Shown here: positions 55,492-64,000 of the stretch, in pieces
Position numbering within the stretch: the stretch's first letter is position 1
Layout of the letters: every line of letters starts with the position of its first letter
Source of the DNA: a virus
Strand: one strand, 5' to 3'
Virus record (IMG/VR): IMGVR_UViG_3300014613_000018
Span: 50,502-114,501 of that record
DNA length: 64,000 nucleotides
Translations under genes and position numbers: made by a program
Notes under the pieces: model-generated
Databases searched by the model: none
Seen by the model: the letters and a program-made list of their open reading frames with translations, nothing else
What the model was told of the DNA's origin: nothing

Positions 55492-56956
55492 AAATACCCT
55501 TTCGTTTCTGGCTATGATCTAGCAAATAACCACTATCCTCATCATAAAAATCATAAAATTGAATAGTATTATCTACTCCCTCAGGATTTCTCAAGTATCT
55601 TCCTAAGCTCTGCACAACTTCAATAGAACTTTTTCCCCCTCCACAATAAATACCTGCATCCAAAATAGGAACATCTAACCCTACTTGGCCTATTTTACTC
55701 AGAATAAGTATACTAGATTTTCCAGATTTAATTGCTTCTAATGCAGTATCTCTCTCCAAATCTGAAGACCTTCCAGAACAAAAAGCTGTAACAATTCCTT
55801 CCTGTTTTAACATTTCTTGAAGTATCTCTCCATGCTTAATTCTCTTAACTAAGAGTAATGTTTTCTTATTTTCAGCTAAAAGTTTCTTAGTCAAGGCTAC
55901 CACAGCAGAATTTCTACTCAAATTATCAACAATACCAGCTACACTTCCTTGAGCATACTCCTGTTTCTTCAGCTTATTAATCTGGTTTGTTAACCTTGTC
56001 TTCTTTGCTTTTTCTTTTTTACTCTTGCCACACGATTTCACCTGAATATACACAGAAGCTATCTCTGTGTCAAGTGCTGCCATTAACTTTTCAACCTCGC
56101 TCTGACCTATCTTCACCATTGTTATTAATGGTTTACTTAAAACATTCAGCTCCTCAAGCTCTTGGTTCTGTATTTCATAAACAACAACCCCTAATTGAGC
56201 CTTCACCTTTAAGTTGTCTAAATTATCTCGGTCTAGAGCTGTTGCGCTTAACCCTAAACGATACTCCGCATTTTTACATTCTCGCATCACCTTCAAGAAA
56301 GAATCTGAAGATGCTAAATGACACTCATCCACAATCAACACTTCTCTAGAAGCTAACCATGATAGTACTTCTCTATCTTTATTTTTAACACGGGAATACA
56401 AAGTAGGAACCATTCCTACTGTAACAAACTTTCTATCATCTATTCCTGCCCCAAACAAACCTATTGGCAGAGACATGCTCTTCTCAAAAGCTTCCTTTGT
56501 CTGCCTCGCTAATTCTACTTGATGGGTAAGAAATAATGTGGGTTTTTTTAGTATCTGTAGAAATGCCGCTGCTATGACTGTCTTACCCGATCCGGTTGCA
56601 TTTGCAATAATTCCTCTCCTACAATTCAGCATTGCAAGTACACTGTCAGCTTGATAGGAGTATTTACCTGTCATTTTCTTATCTTTTAACACACAGAAAT
56701 CAATATCTTTAATTAAAGGATACTTAGCCTGTCTAACTACAACATTAGGAATGTGCTCTTGAATTATGTGTAATAAGCCTGTTTGAAATGACTTACCTTT
56801 ATAGAATCTAAACATCCCATCCCACACTCCAGATTTAAATTGAGGGGAAAACCAGTAGTTAGGAGAAGGTATAGTAAGGCACTCCCTAAAAGCTAAATAC
56901 TCTTCAGGTGTGCAAGATACTACAGTTGAATAAACATTTCCTAAGTGTATAACCAA
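55439..56956 (-). CDS. superfamily 2 helicase (UvsW-like)
   Basis: ATGSGKT, DECH, GLSAT, GLDVP, QSLGRYLR. Confidence 0.92.
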   Translation of the reverse strand: MVIHLGNVYSTVVSCTPEEYLAFRECLTIPSPNYWFSPQFKSGVWDGMFRFYKGKSFQTGLLHIIQEHIPNVVVRQAKYPLIKDIDFCVLKDKKMTGKYSYQADSVLAMLNCRRGIIANATGSGKTVIAAAFLQILKKPTLFLTHQVELARQTKEAFEKSMSLPIGLFGAGIDDRKFVTVGMVPTLYSRVKNKDREVLSWLASREVLIVDECHLASSDSFLKVMRECKNAEYRLGLSATALDRDNLDNLKVKAQLGVVVYEIQNQELEELNVLSKPLITMVKIGQSEVEKLMAALDTEIASVYIQVKSCGKSKKEKAKKTRLTNQINKLKKQEYAQGSVAGIVDNLSRNSAVVALTKKLLAENKKTLLLVKRIKHGEILQEMLKQEGIVTAFCSGRSSDLERDTALEAIKSGKSSILILSKIGQVGLDVPILDAGIYCGGGKSSIEVVQSLGRYLRNPEGVDNTIQFYDFYDEDSGYLLDHSQKRKGIYERKKFSVECCRLEKCL

Positions 56957-57036
56957 TTACGATAACCCTTTCTTTTTCAATTTCTATTACAATTTCAATA
57001 AAACTATTATAGTATCGCTATTCTACAGTAAAACTA

Positions 57037-57255
57037 TTACAATATCTGATTCTCTATTTTCAAGTCCTCATTTACATTCCTAATATCATGTACACTCTCT
57101 TCAGTATGCACAATGAAACAAATGTCACCTACATCGGTATAATAAGGTGAGTATCCAAATCTTGCTAAGGCGGAAATTAAGTGATCCGAATATACATCCT
57201 TGTCATGCTCGTTACCAACATAATTATCTGTAAATATTCTAATTTCACTTCGCAA
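57037..57255 (-). CDS. hypothetical protein (paralog of 41120-41332)
   Basis: SALARFGY motif. Confidence 0.6.
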   Translation of the reverse strand: MRSEIRIFTDNYVGNEHDKDVYSDHLISALARFGYSPYYTDVGDICFIVHTEESVHDIRNVNEDLKIENQIL

Positions 57256-57266
57256 GATACTCCAAT

Positions 57267-57659
57267 CTAAGTTACAACATCTCCTGAAATGTAATACCTA
57301 TACTTCACATCATTTGTATTGTTGTTTGTAATATGAACACTTGTGATTCCCGTTGTACTATCAGCTTCATAGGCAATCATTGTACCTGTAATAGGGTCAT
57401 TACCTGAACCATTTATCATAACATCTAAAGGCTCTCTTCCATTAGTAGTATCTTCTACCACATCAATAAACAAGAATCTACCTTTAGCAATACTACCTAA
57501 ACTGATTGCTGTAGGCCCTGCTCCATCTTCTATAACACCGACACCATAAACTTCCTCATTACATTCGGTTTGTAAATCATTCTCTAACCAGCTTAATGTA
57601 GGGTAACTTGTACTTGTTTCTCTACTTTGAATCTGTACTTGTATATCACTAAATGGCAT
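57267..57659 (-). CDS. putative virion protein
   Basis: beta-rich, T/G/D-rich; late region. Confidence 0.55.
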   Translation of the reverse strand: MPFSDIQVQIQSRETSTSYPTLSWLENDLQTECNEEVYGVGVIEDGAGPTAISLGSIAKGRFLFIDVVEDTTNGREPLDVMINGSGNDPITGTMIAYEADSTTGITSVHITNNNTNDVKYRYYISGDVVT

Positions 57660-57671
57660 TCAATCCTCCTT

Positions 57672-58382
57672 TTAATTAAAATATCCCAATAAACCCGCTC
57701 GTAAATTCCACTCATTAGTTGTGAAATTCCTACCACCACCAATAAACCCACTTACATTTTCCATTTTAGGTATCCTACAATCACCAAATATACCTATTCC
57801 AAACTCTGTATCTTCTGTATCTGTAGGGTGTAAGTTGCCTATTACTCCATGTAATCCAATTCCAAATCTGTTCCAGTAAAGTAATCTTGCGCCTACTACA
57901 ATCTCACCTGTTTTATTCTCATTTATGCTACCTCCAGCACAAGCCTCTAAACAAGTACCATAAGTATCAAAGTCTACTGTTAAATTAAATAGTTCATACT
58001 TTAATGCTTCTACTTGCCTAACTAATTCTGCTAATCCTGTAGTATCACCACTCGCTTGCAGAAGTGTTAACTGTTCCTTAATATCCATTAGCTGACTCCA
58101 AGTAAATTCATCTACTTCTGCAACATAATGAACTTCACTCTCTCTAGGAACATAAGACTGTACAACATAAACTGAATCCGGGCCTAACCTTCTAATTTCA
58201 GTAATGTTATTCTTTAGCACTTCAATATCTGCTAAAACACCTTCAGGTAAACTTGTGTTGAATATTGCAGGTTTCTTATTCTCTAATTCTTCTATTCTAT
58301 TATTCTGCGAGTACAACAAGTAACCCATACTAAGCACAACAACTACCAACACTGAGTTTAATATCATTAAAAACTTATTCAT
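57672..58382 (-). CDS. membrane-anchored coiled-coil protein with C-terminal beta-strand domain (candidate spanin)
   Basis: start MNKFLMIL; TM helix; helical linker; amphipathic strands ending GYFN. Confidence 0.6.
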   Translation of the reverse strand: MNKFLMILNSVLVVVVLSMGYLLYSQNNRIEELENKKPAIFNTSLPEGVLADIEVLKNNITEIRRLGPDSVYVVQSYVPRESEVHYVAEVDEFTWSQLMDIKEQLTLLQASGDTTGLAELVRQVEALKYELFNLTVDFDTYGTCLEACAGGSINENKTGEIVVGARLLYWNRFGIGLHGVIGNLHPTDTEDTEFGIGIFGDCRIPKMENVSGFIGGGRNFTTNEWNLRAGLLGYFN

Positions 58383-58684
58383 TATGCACACCTGATTCCC
58401 GCACAGAAAAGTAATCCAAAAAATATACCTAGACAATCATACATTATATCCCACCATGAAAACTCTTTACCTCTAACAAAATGGTCAAATAATTCTTTTA
58501 GTATCCCAATTATGAGGACACTTGTCCCCGCAATATACACATTTACACCACTCAATACTAACACTACAATTAGCATCATACTCAAGTATAGATGTAAACT
58601 ATTAGAATATGTATGTACACTAAACCCTCTAGCCAGTAACCAATCTAAAACATTATCATAAGCATTATTCAACCACTTCCACAT
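58382..58684 (-). CDS. membrane protein
   Basis: LH...ILKELFD...FSWWDI..D..G. Confidence 0.7.
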   Translation of the reverse strand: MWKWLNNAYDNVLDWLLARGFSVHTYSNSLHLYLSMMLIVVLVLSGVNVYIAGTSVLIIGILKELFDHFVRGKEFSWWDIMYDCLGIFFGLLFCAGIRCA

Positions 58685-59336
58685 TTAATTTCCTTTCACT
58701 TAAATCATCTAAACTTCTACTTAACCAATGTACTAAACTATTTATACCTTGCTCAGTGTTAAGAAAATCTGTAAACTCAGACTTATCCTTTAATTGGAAC
58801 ACTACATTTACAAATAATCCCTTATAAATATCAACACTTTCTCTAAACAATAACCGTTCAACAAACTTATCAGAGTTACCATAAGGAGCTATTATTTTAA
58901 CTTTAGGTAACTTAATTCCATACTGTTCTATTACCTGTAAATTATCAGCAAATTCTAATGCAAATTCTAAATCATCCTCTTTCACTGCAATGTAAATAGC
59001 TTCCTCGGTATCACCTAATATACTTAATCTCAAGCCTCTGTCAATACCTTGTTCCTTAGCTTGTGTATACCTTTGTTTAATAGTACCTACAAAATTAACA
59101 TTCTCTAAATCATTTAAGTAAGTTACATAATTCAAAGTATTATACCAATCAATTTCAGCAACATTACCACCTATCCTTTGGATCAAGTTGGTAATTAGAA
59201 TCCTGTTTTCAATAAACTCTTTGTATCGTTGCTGTAGAATATACAATACTAAATTTGCATCTAATCCGTTTGTGAATATGGGAAGAGGGGAACCTTTGAA
59301 ATAAGTTCCCCCTAAGTCTAGTAGTAATGACTCCAT
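58665..59336 (-). CDS. hypothetical protein
   Basis: operon context. Confidence 0.7.
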   Translation of the reverse strand: MESLLLDLGGTYFKGSPLPIFTNGLDANLVLYILQQRYKEFIENRILITNLIQRIGGNVAEIDWYNTLNYVTYLNDLENVNFVGTIKQRYTQAKEQGIDRGLRLSILGDTEEAIYIAVKEDDLEFALEFADNLQVIEQYGIKLPKVKIIAPYGNSDKFVERLLFRESVDIYKGLFVNVVFQLKDKSEFTDFLNTEQGINSLVHWLSRSLDDLSERKLNVEVVE

Positions 59337-59337
59337 A

Positions 59338-59598
59338 CTAACCTTCTGTAGTAGGTGTCTCTACAGTCTCTACTTCCTCACCTATCTCTTGTGTACGCTT
59401 ACCCCAAATAATCAGCTTTTCCCATCCTCTAATTGATGCTATTGCTAACAGAGAAGGAAGCCAAGCATACCACGGAAGTAAGTGCATGAAAAATGCAACT
59501 GTAACCATAATTCCAGTTTGATACTTAAAGCTAACTATGTTACTTAAAAACTTAAAGCCAATATCTCTCACATCATTATACAATTTCGGTTCACTCAT
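59338..59598 (-). CDS. putative holin
   Basis: two short TM segments, charged tail, near endolysin. Confidence 0.5.
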   Translation of the reverse strand: MSEPKLYNDVRDIGFKFLSNIVSFKYQTGIMVTVAFFMHLLPWYAWLPSLLAIASIRGWEKLIIWGKRTQEIGEEVETVETPTTEG

Positions 59599-59613
59599 TT
59601 TATTTTCCTTCTT

Positions 59614-59913
59614 TCACAATCTGTCTACCACATCTATAATCCTACCAGAACGCTCCAGACAAGTTTCATTAGTAACAGCACAGTCTAGCTTACCTTCTAT
59701 GCGTATTAATGAACCTTTAATCCATTCCATACTCTCACTATTGACAATTATAGCCTGATTTTGTGCTGTTACTAAAGCCTCAGTAGCTTTTAGTCTAGCA
59801 TCAATAGAATCTATTCTCCACGAAAAAACAGCCCAAGTACCTATGATTGAAGCAAACAAACAAATAGCAACTAAAAGTACCGAAGCCCAGCCCGAAGTTA
59901 TACTTAAGGGCAT
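59614..59913 (-). CDS. putative holin/antiholin (TM + coiled coil)
   Basis: N-terminal TM then LIRIEGKLD coiled coil. Confidence 0.5.
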   Translation of the reverse strand: MPLSITSGWASVLLVAICLFASIIGTWAVFSWRIDSIDARLKATEALVTAQNQAIIVNSESMEWIKGSLIRIEGKLDCAVTNETCLERSGRIIDVVDRL

Positions 59914-59926
59914 AAATTACTCCCTT

Positions 59927-60076
59927 CTAATGAGGCGGTTTTACTTGTTGAATAGGAGGAGGCTTAGGCTTAGACCTGTCTGCATCTGCTCCACAATTAG
60001 CACAAGGTTCACTAGGCACATTTGGCTCCTCTAACTCATACTCATAGCCACACTCTTCACAAATCCATGTAACCAT
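59927..60076 (-). CDS. 49-aa rubredoxin-like protein (not in ORF track)
   Basis: WICEECGYEY...CANCGA; TAATG overlap with endolysin. Confidence 0.6.
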   Translation of the reverse strand: MVTWICEECGYEYELEEPNVPSEPCANCGADADRSKPKPPPIQQVKPPH

Positions 60077-60618
60077 TACTCTCCTCTCAACTTACTTATC
60101 TCACCTTTTTTATTACTTAGTAACTGCCATTTAACATCATCTCTAATTCTATCTAACATTTCATAAAACTTATCACCGGGACAATCTGTAGAACTTCCAT
60201 ACACATCTCTGTGACCACAAATTACATAAGATTCTTTTTTACCTGTGCTATACTTATCATAAGGATTCAAATTTAATCTAAAACATATCTCTGAAAGTAA
60301 TCTAATTAAAGATTGATACTGTTTAGGTAATGGCACTTCATCCATGTAATTTCCAACTAAACATATTCCTATAGAATCTTTGTTTCCACCTCTAGCATGA
60401 GCACCTTGCCACTTCTCCATACGAGCCATTTCAATATAACCTTCATTGGAACCTTTACCATTACCTATAACATAATGATAACCTATACCCGAATCTCCAA
60501 TTCTTTTATGTGCTTCATGGAAAATTTCAGCGTTACCAGAAGAAGTTCCTGAATGATGTAATACTATCCTGTTAACTTCGGGCATCCTTTTCATTACATC
60601 AAATTGAAGTATTTTCAT
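60076..60618 (-). CDS. endolysin, N-acetylmuramoyl-L-alanine amidase (Amidase_2/T7-like)
   Basis: IVLHHS, IGYHYVI, GAHA.G.N..SIGICLVGN, GHRD...TDCPG. Confidence 0.92.
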   Translation of the reverse strand: MKILQFDVMKRMPEVNRIVLHHSGTSSGNAEIFHEAHKRIGDSGIGYHYVIGNGKGSNEGYIEMARMEKWQGAHARGGNKDSIGICLVGNYMDEVPLPKQYQSLIRLLSEICFRLNLNPYDKYSTGKKESYVICGHRDVYGSSTDCPGDKFYEMLDRIRDDVKWQLLSNKKGEISKLRGE

Positions 60619-60627
60619 CTAATCTCC

Positions 60628-61128
60628 TTAATAGTAGTAATAGCTAACATTAGTTGCTAATTTTGTAGACAATGCCCCAAACCAATAAGTAACTTGTATC
60701 TCAACTTTGTAACAATGTAAATTACCAGAGTCAAATGTAGCTAAAACTTTACAATCTAAATCTTTAACATCATTCCAAGTCCATGTTGCAGGAGCATTAG
60801 TATCCGAAGTAATATCAAAGTAATTTGACCATGCAGGACTAAACCCTGTAATGGCATTGTGGTCATCTCCATCATCTGTACCTGAAAATACCGGAGTTAA
60901 ACCTACTCTACTAACATTAGCAATATAACCATAAGCTCTAATTTCAACTTTAGTGATTACTCCTAAATTAGTACCATCACAAGTATTACCTGTTAATAAC
61001 TGTAAATCATCAGCTTGATTTGTCCATGACTCAGTTAAAATACTACCATCTACCATATTAGCAGGGTCATTAGCCCATTCGTTTACTCCTGCATCATAAG
61101 CATTAAAGTAGTAAGTTGCTGTTGCCAT
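60628..61128 (-). CDS. putative virion/tail protein
   Basis: start MATATYYF (TAATG overlap); beta-sandwich-like composition. Confidence 0.6.
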   Translation of the reverse strand: MATATYYFNAYDAGVNEWANDPANMVDGSILTESWTNQADDLQLLTGNTCDGTNLGVITKVEIRAYGYIANVSRVGLTPVFSGTDDGDDHNAITGFSPAWSNYFDITSDTNAPATWTWNDVKDLDCKVLATFDSGNLHCYKVEIQVTYWFGALSTKLATNVSYYYY

Positions 61129-61574
61129 TACACACTCACCGTAGCACCGTCTTCCAACGGAATGTAATGAAGTACCCATTTAGTTGAACCAGTTGTGTCA
61201 GTTGCGCTTGCATCCAAATCAATAGAACCTGCTGCCACAATAATAGGAGCTAACTGTGATTGTACTGCTCCTGAAGGTGTGGCAATCATTGCATCTGCTA
61301 AAGTACCTGTAATTGTATAAATAGTTCCTAATGTATCTGAAGTCACTGTTAAAGCTGTACATAAATCCACATCTGCACCTACTGTAGGATTAGCAATCAA
61401 TTTAATATCATTAGCCGTACCATCAAACACTACTGTAACTTCGCCTACAATATGTGTTATTAAAACCTTACCACTAACTGTAAAATAAGGTGTCTGTGTA
61501 GTAGCAGGTAATACTGCTGAAGCTCTTTCTACTATTCTAGGGCTTGTAGCAATCATCTTTCCTAAGTAACTCAT
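61128..61574 (-). CDS. putative virion protein
   Basis: T/A/V-rich beta protein; GGAGG RBS. Confidence 0.65.
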   Translation of the reverse strand: MSYLGKMIATSPRIVERASAVLPATTQTPYFTVSGKVLITHIVGEVTVVFDGTANDIKLIANPTVGADVDLCTALTVTSDTLGTIYTITGTLADAMIATPSGAVQSQLAPIIVAAGSIDLDASATDTTGSTKWVLHYIPLEDGATVSV

Positions 61575-61631
61575 TTACCCTCCAATTTTATACTAATTTT
61601 TGTTGCATACCACGGGAGTCATAATTCCTCC

Positions 61632-62792
61632 TTAAATCTCTTGTATCTCAAGCCAGACGTTAACGGTACGCCCACTATCGGGACTCCAAGCACTTGCAGA
61701 AATTCGTGTGCCAGCGTTAAAAATATAGTCGGTGCCATCTGAAGCTGCTGAAGCCTTGCCTTTTTTGGCGGCAAAAATCTCTTCTGCGAAAAATGTCGTA
61801 CCGCTGTCTGCTGAGAATCTAATCCTAGTGTTTTCTTCATGGCTAGGGTTAAGCGTATAGCCTAATACTTTGAAAGGAACTGTCGAAGTTACAGCAGCCC
61901 TCAGTTCAGTGTCAGCACCCCAATCTTCGTCACCGCAAGTAACCTGTATTCCGGTTAGGTTAACGGGTTCTACCGTAACTGGGAACTCTCCTTGAATGTT
62001 ACGCCAGTGATGGTCTCCTACAGAGTCGTTGACATTAACCACATTTTCATGGAAATGTACATCGGTAAAGTGCTGAGAATTACCAGCATCAATCTTTAAT
62101 CCTGTAGCACAACCGCCTAAGTCAACGCCATCAAAGAAGTTATAATCTGAAGCTGCATTTACAATCTGTATTCCTACAATACAGTGGTGCGAATCAATAA
62201 CTTGGAAGTCATTATATGCACAGTTATCCAGATATATGCCAGTGGTATAGGTTGCGTTGCCTATCGTTCTAACATCTTCAATCCTGCCACCTATAATTGT
62301 TCCTGCTGTACCATCTATGTGGATACTTTTAACTGCACCTGTACATGCAGAAGAATTGAACCCGCATGTTCCTATCCTGAAGGCAGAAGATGTCATTATA
62401 AGCCCTGTCACAGCACCCGTTTGATTAAATGCCAAGTCTGTTACTGAGGACTTGCCGGTTAATTTCAAGATACTGGTAGCAGAAGCATGGGAGTTTGTGA
62501 TAGGTGCCCATTTTCTATGCGGGCCTCTTATCGCAACATTCGCCGCCCATGTTGGATCGCCTGTAGTATTGATGTCGTAAGGGGTAGCTTTAGGGGCGAG
62601 GAATATGGTAGTAAATGCGCTTGCATCGGTTGATGCCGCATCCAGTGCGGCGTTCGGTGTTGTATATGCCCTTGCCCATGATATGCCGTCTGAGTTGTCA
62701 CCATCTGGCGAAACATACAGCGTGGCAGTAACCGGCCTTCCGATGACATATCCACCGAACTCGGGCTGGTTTTTGTAGTTGAAGTAACTCAT
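61632..62792 (-). CDS. tail spike-like beta-helix (pectate-lyase-like) protein
   Basis: LYVSPDGDNSDGISWARAYTT..AALD entry motif, then G/I/N repeats. Confidence 0.7.
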   Translation of the reverse strand: MSYFNYKNQPEFGGYVIGRPVTATLYVSPDGDNSDGISWARAYTTPNAALDAASTDASAFTTIFLAPKATPYDINTTGDPTWAANVAIRGPHRKWAPITNSHASATSILKLTGKSSVTDLAFNQTGAVTGLIMTSSAFRIGTCGFNSSACTGAVKSIHIDGTAGTIIGGRIEDVRTIGNATYTTGIYLDNCAYNDFQVIDSHHCIVGIQIVNAASDYNFFDGVDLGGCATGLKIDAGNSQHFTDVHFHENVVNVNDSVGDHHWRNIQGEFPVTVEPVNLTGIQVTCGDEDWGADTELRAAVTSTVPFKVLGYTLNPSHEENTRIRFSADSGTTFFAEEIFAAKKGKASAASDGTDYIFNAGTRISASAWSPDSGRTVNVWLEIQEI

Positions 62793-62850
62793 AATCAGTT
62801 CACCATCCCCAATTCCTGCTCATACTGGAGCGCAAGAGTTATTGTGCGTT

Positions 62851-63465
62851 TCATCGTAATGCCTCCAAATGCTTTATAACCGAGTCTGCAACAATGCTTA
62901 ACCCAATTGGAGTTAAGTGTACTGGGTCACGAAAATAGGTTGCATTTCCGTGGTCAGCAGCATCTCCAATATTAGGGTCAAGAGATAGATCAATAAGTTC
63001 ATCAGCAAAGGTTGCAAAATTAACCCTTACCGAATCATTGCACTCTGACAATTCAGCACCGGCACTAGGGTAAGTCATTACGATCATATACCAACCGGCT
63101 GCTCTTCGGGCATTGCAGTATGTTTCAATCAAGTTGAAAGTTGAATCGGCAGATGCCCCCAGGTAAACATCATTCTGCCCCCCGAGCAAGATGCAAACAC
63201 CATTACATTCAAAGATGTTGTCAATTAGGGCTGGGGCCGTAGAAATCATGGTGAGTACCTTTTTACCGTTACTGCCCTTGTTCACGAACTCATAAGTAGA
63301 TGGGTTAGTAATATCCAATTCAGTTTGTTGCATCCATGAACTATCAGCAGTGAACCATGAACTATCCGTGTTGCTGTCCCCGTCAGATACAACCAATAGC
63401 CTGCGGTTCATGCTGGTATTGATGATTTGTAACCCGCAGAGAAGGATAGTCAATAAGAGGTTCAT
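62851..63465 (-). CDS. SGNH/GDSL esterase
   Basis: GDSNT, G, GQND, DPVH blocks. Confidence 0.85.
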   Translation of the reverse strand: MNLLLTILLCGLQIINTSMNRRLLVVSDGDSNTDSSWFTADSSWMQQTELDITNPSTYEFVNKGSNGKKVLTMISTAPALIDNIFECNGVCILLGGQNDVYLGASADSTFNLIETYCNARRAAGWYMIVMTYPSAGAELSECNDSVRVNFATFADELIDLSLDPNIGDAADHGNATYFRDPVHLTPIGLSIVADSVIKHLEALR

Positions 63466-64000
63466 CGTATTGCCCATGTAGTGTCAGATGTTGCTACAAC
63501 TTCAAGATTATCCCATTGAGATAAGGCAACCGAATCTGCACCATTTATAAAGTCTGTTCCAGCGCAGTACACAGTACAAGGTTGAGCCACCGTCAACTGA
63601 ATGCCAAACACTTGACCATACCCATCAGAAAATGCAGACGCCGCAGAGGGTAGCCCGACATTGGCAATCGCATCAACAACTATCTGATAATCTGTCAACG
63701 CCAGCGTATCTGTCGCCGCAATATGCCTAATTTGCAACAGCATGGTACTGACTCGCATGGTATCAATGTCGGCTCGGCCATTGACATCAAGAATATCATT
63801 AGCCTGTATCCTGAGCGTGTCCCCCTCATTATTGCCTAGTGTCGCAATACCGATTCCGCTGTAGTTGGGATCTATTAGCATATTGGCAGCCGAATAGATA
63901 TTGAAAGCATTCAGCCCTAATTCTGCCATAATATAGTCACCACGCAATGTAGAGGCTTTAAATTCAGCAGCATAGAGCAAAGATAAACCATCATCCCATC
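63462..64000 (-). CDS. tail fibre C-terminal portion (partial)
   Basis: frame open to window edge; LPSA...GTDFING...L...D...VV motif typical of fibre tips. Confidence 0.6.
   Translation of the reverse strand, partial: WDDGLSLLYAAEFKASTLRGDYIMAELGLNAFNIYSAANMLIDPNYSGIGIATLGNNEGDTLRIQANDILDVNGRADIDTMRVSTMLLQIRHIAATDTLALTDYQIVVDAIANVGLPSAASAFSDGYGQVFGIQLTVAQPCTVYCAGTDFINGADSVALSQWDNLEVVATSDTTWAIR

Noticed and set aside
160-62447. Most plus-strand ORFs in the track
   Set aside because: They are antisense shadows of well-supported minus-strand genes and lack RBSs; only 8608-9629 is accepted
1-64000. Stop-codon reassignment
   Set aside because: Core genes are full length in code 11, TAA/TAG/TGA all end genes, and no suppressor tRNA was seen
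1-64000. Prophage or lysogeny module
   Set aside because: No integrase, repressor or host flanking genes recognised in this window

Overview
A 64 kb segment of a large, AT-rich (roughly one-third GC by eye), probably lytic tailed dsDNA phage read in the standard genetic code. Almost all genes are on the minus strand. From left to right it contains: (1) 1-5.1 kb, an early/host-takeover-like array of small ORFs plus a beta sliding clamp, driven by repeated sigma70-type promoters with a shared leader; (2) an AT-rich non-coding gap with a DnaA box; (3) a GC-rich mosaic island (6.1-8.4 kb); (4) the only plus-strand operon, mostly small membrane proteins; (5) accessory genes: an Rnl2-like RNA ligase, tRNA-Gln and tRNA-Leu, a five-gene operon of one radical SAM/SPASM enzyme and four proteins sharing the N-terminal motif MKxRxxHVSNSSxSSF, a dATP/dGTP diphosphohydrolase and a ThyX-like protein; (6) a packaging module (TerS, TerL, portal, MuF/gp7-like) interleaved with a C5 methyltransferase and a PAPS-reductase-family gene; (7) a replication/recombination block: intein-containing NrdJ, resolvase, Mre11/Rad50, flap nuclease, RecA, SSB, UvsY-like, UDG-PolA fusion, NADAR, primase, DnaB and an SF2 helicase; (8) a lysis cassette and the start of a tail/receptor-binding region. 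The best candidate for an undescribed system is the radical SAM + 4x 'HVSNSS' operon (13.8-16.6 kb). Next are a structured anti-Shine-Dalgarno sRNA (21.1 kb) and a possible spanin with an inner-membrane anchor and a beta-barrel (57.7-58.4 kb). All family assignments come from motif recognition by eye; no searches were run.
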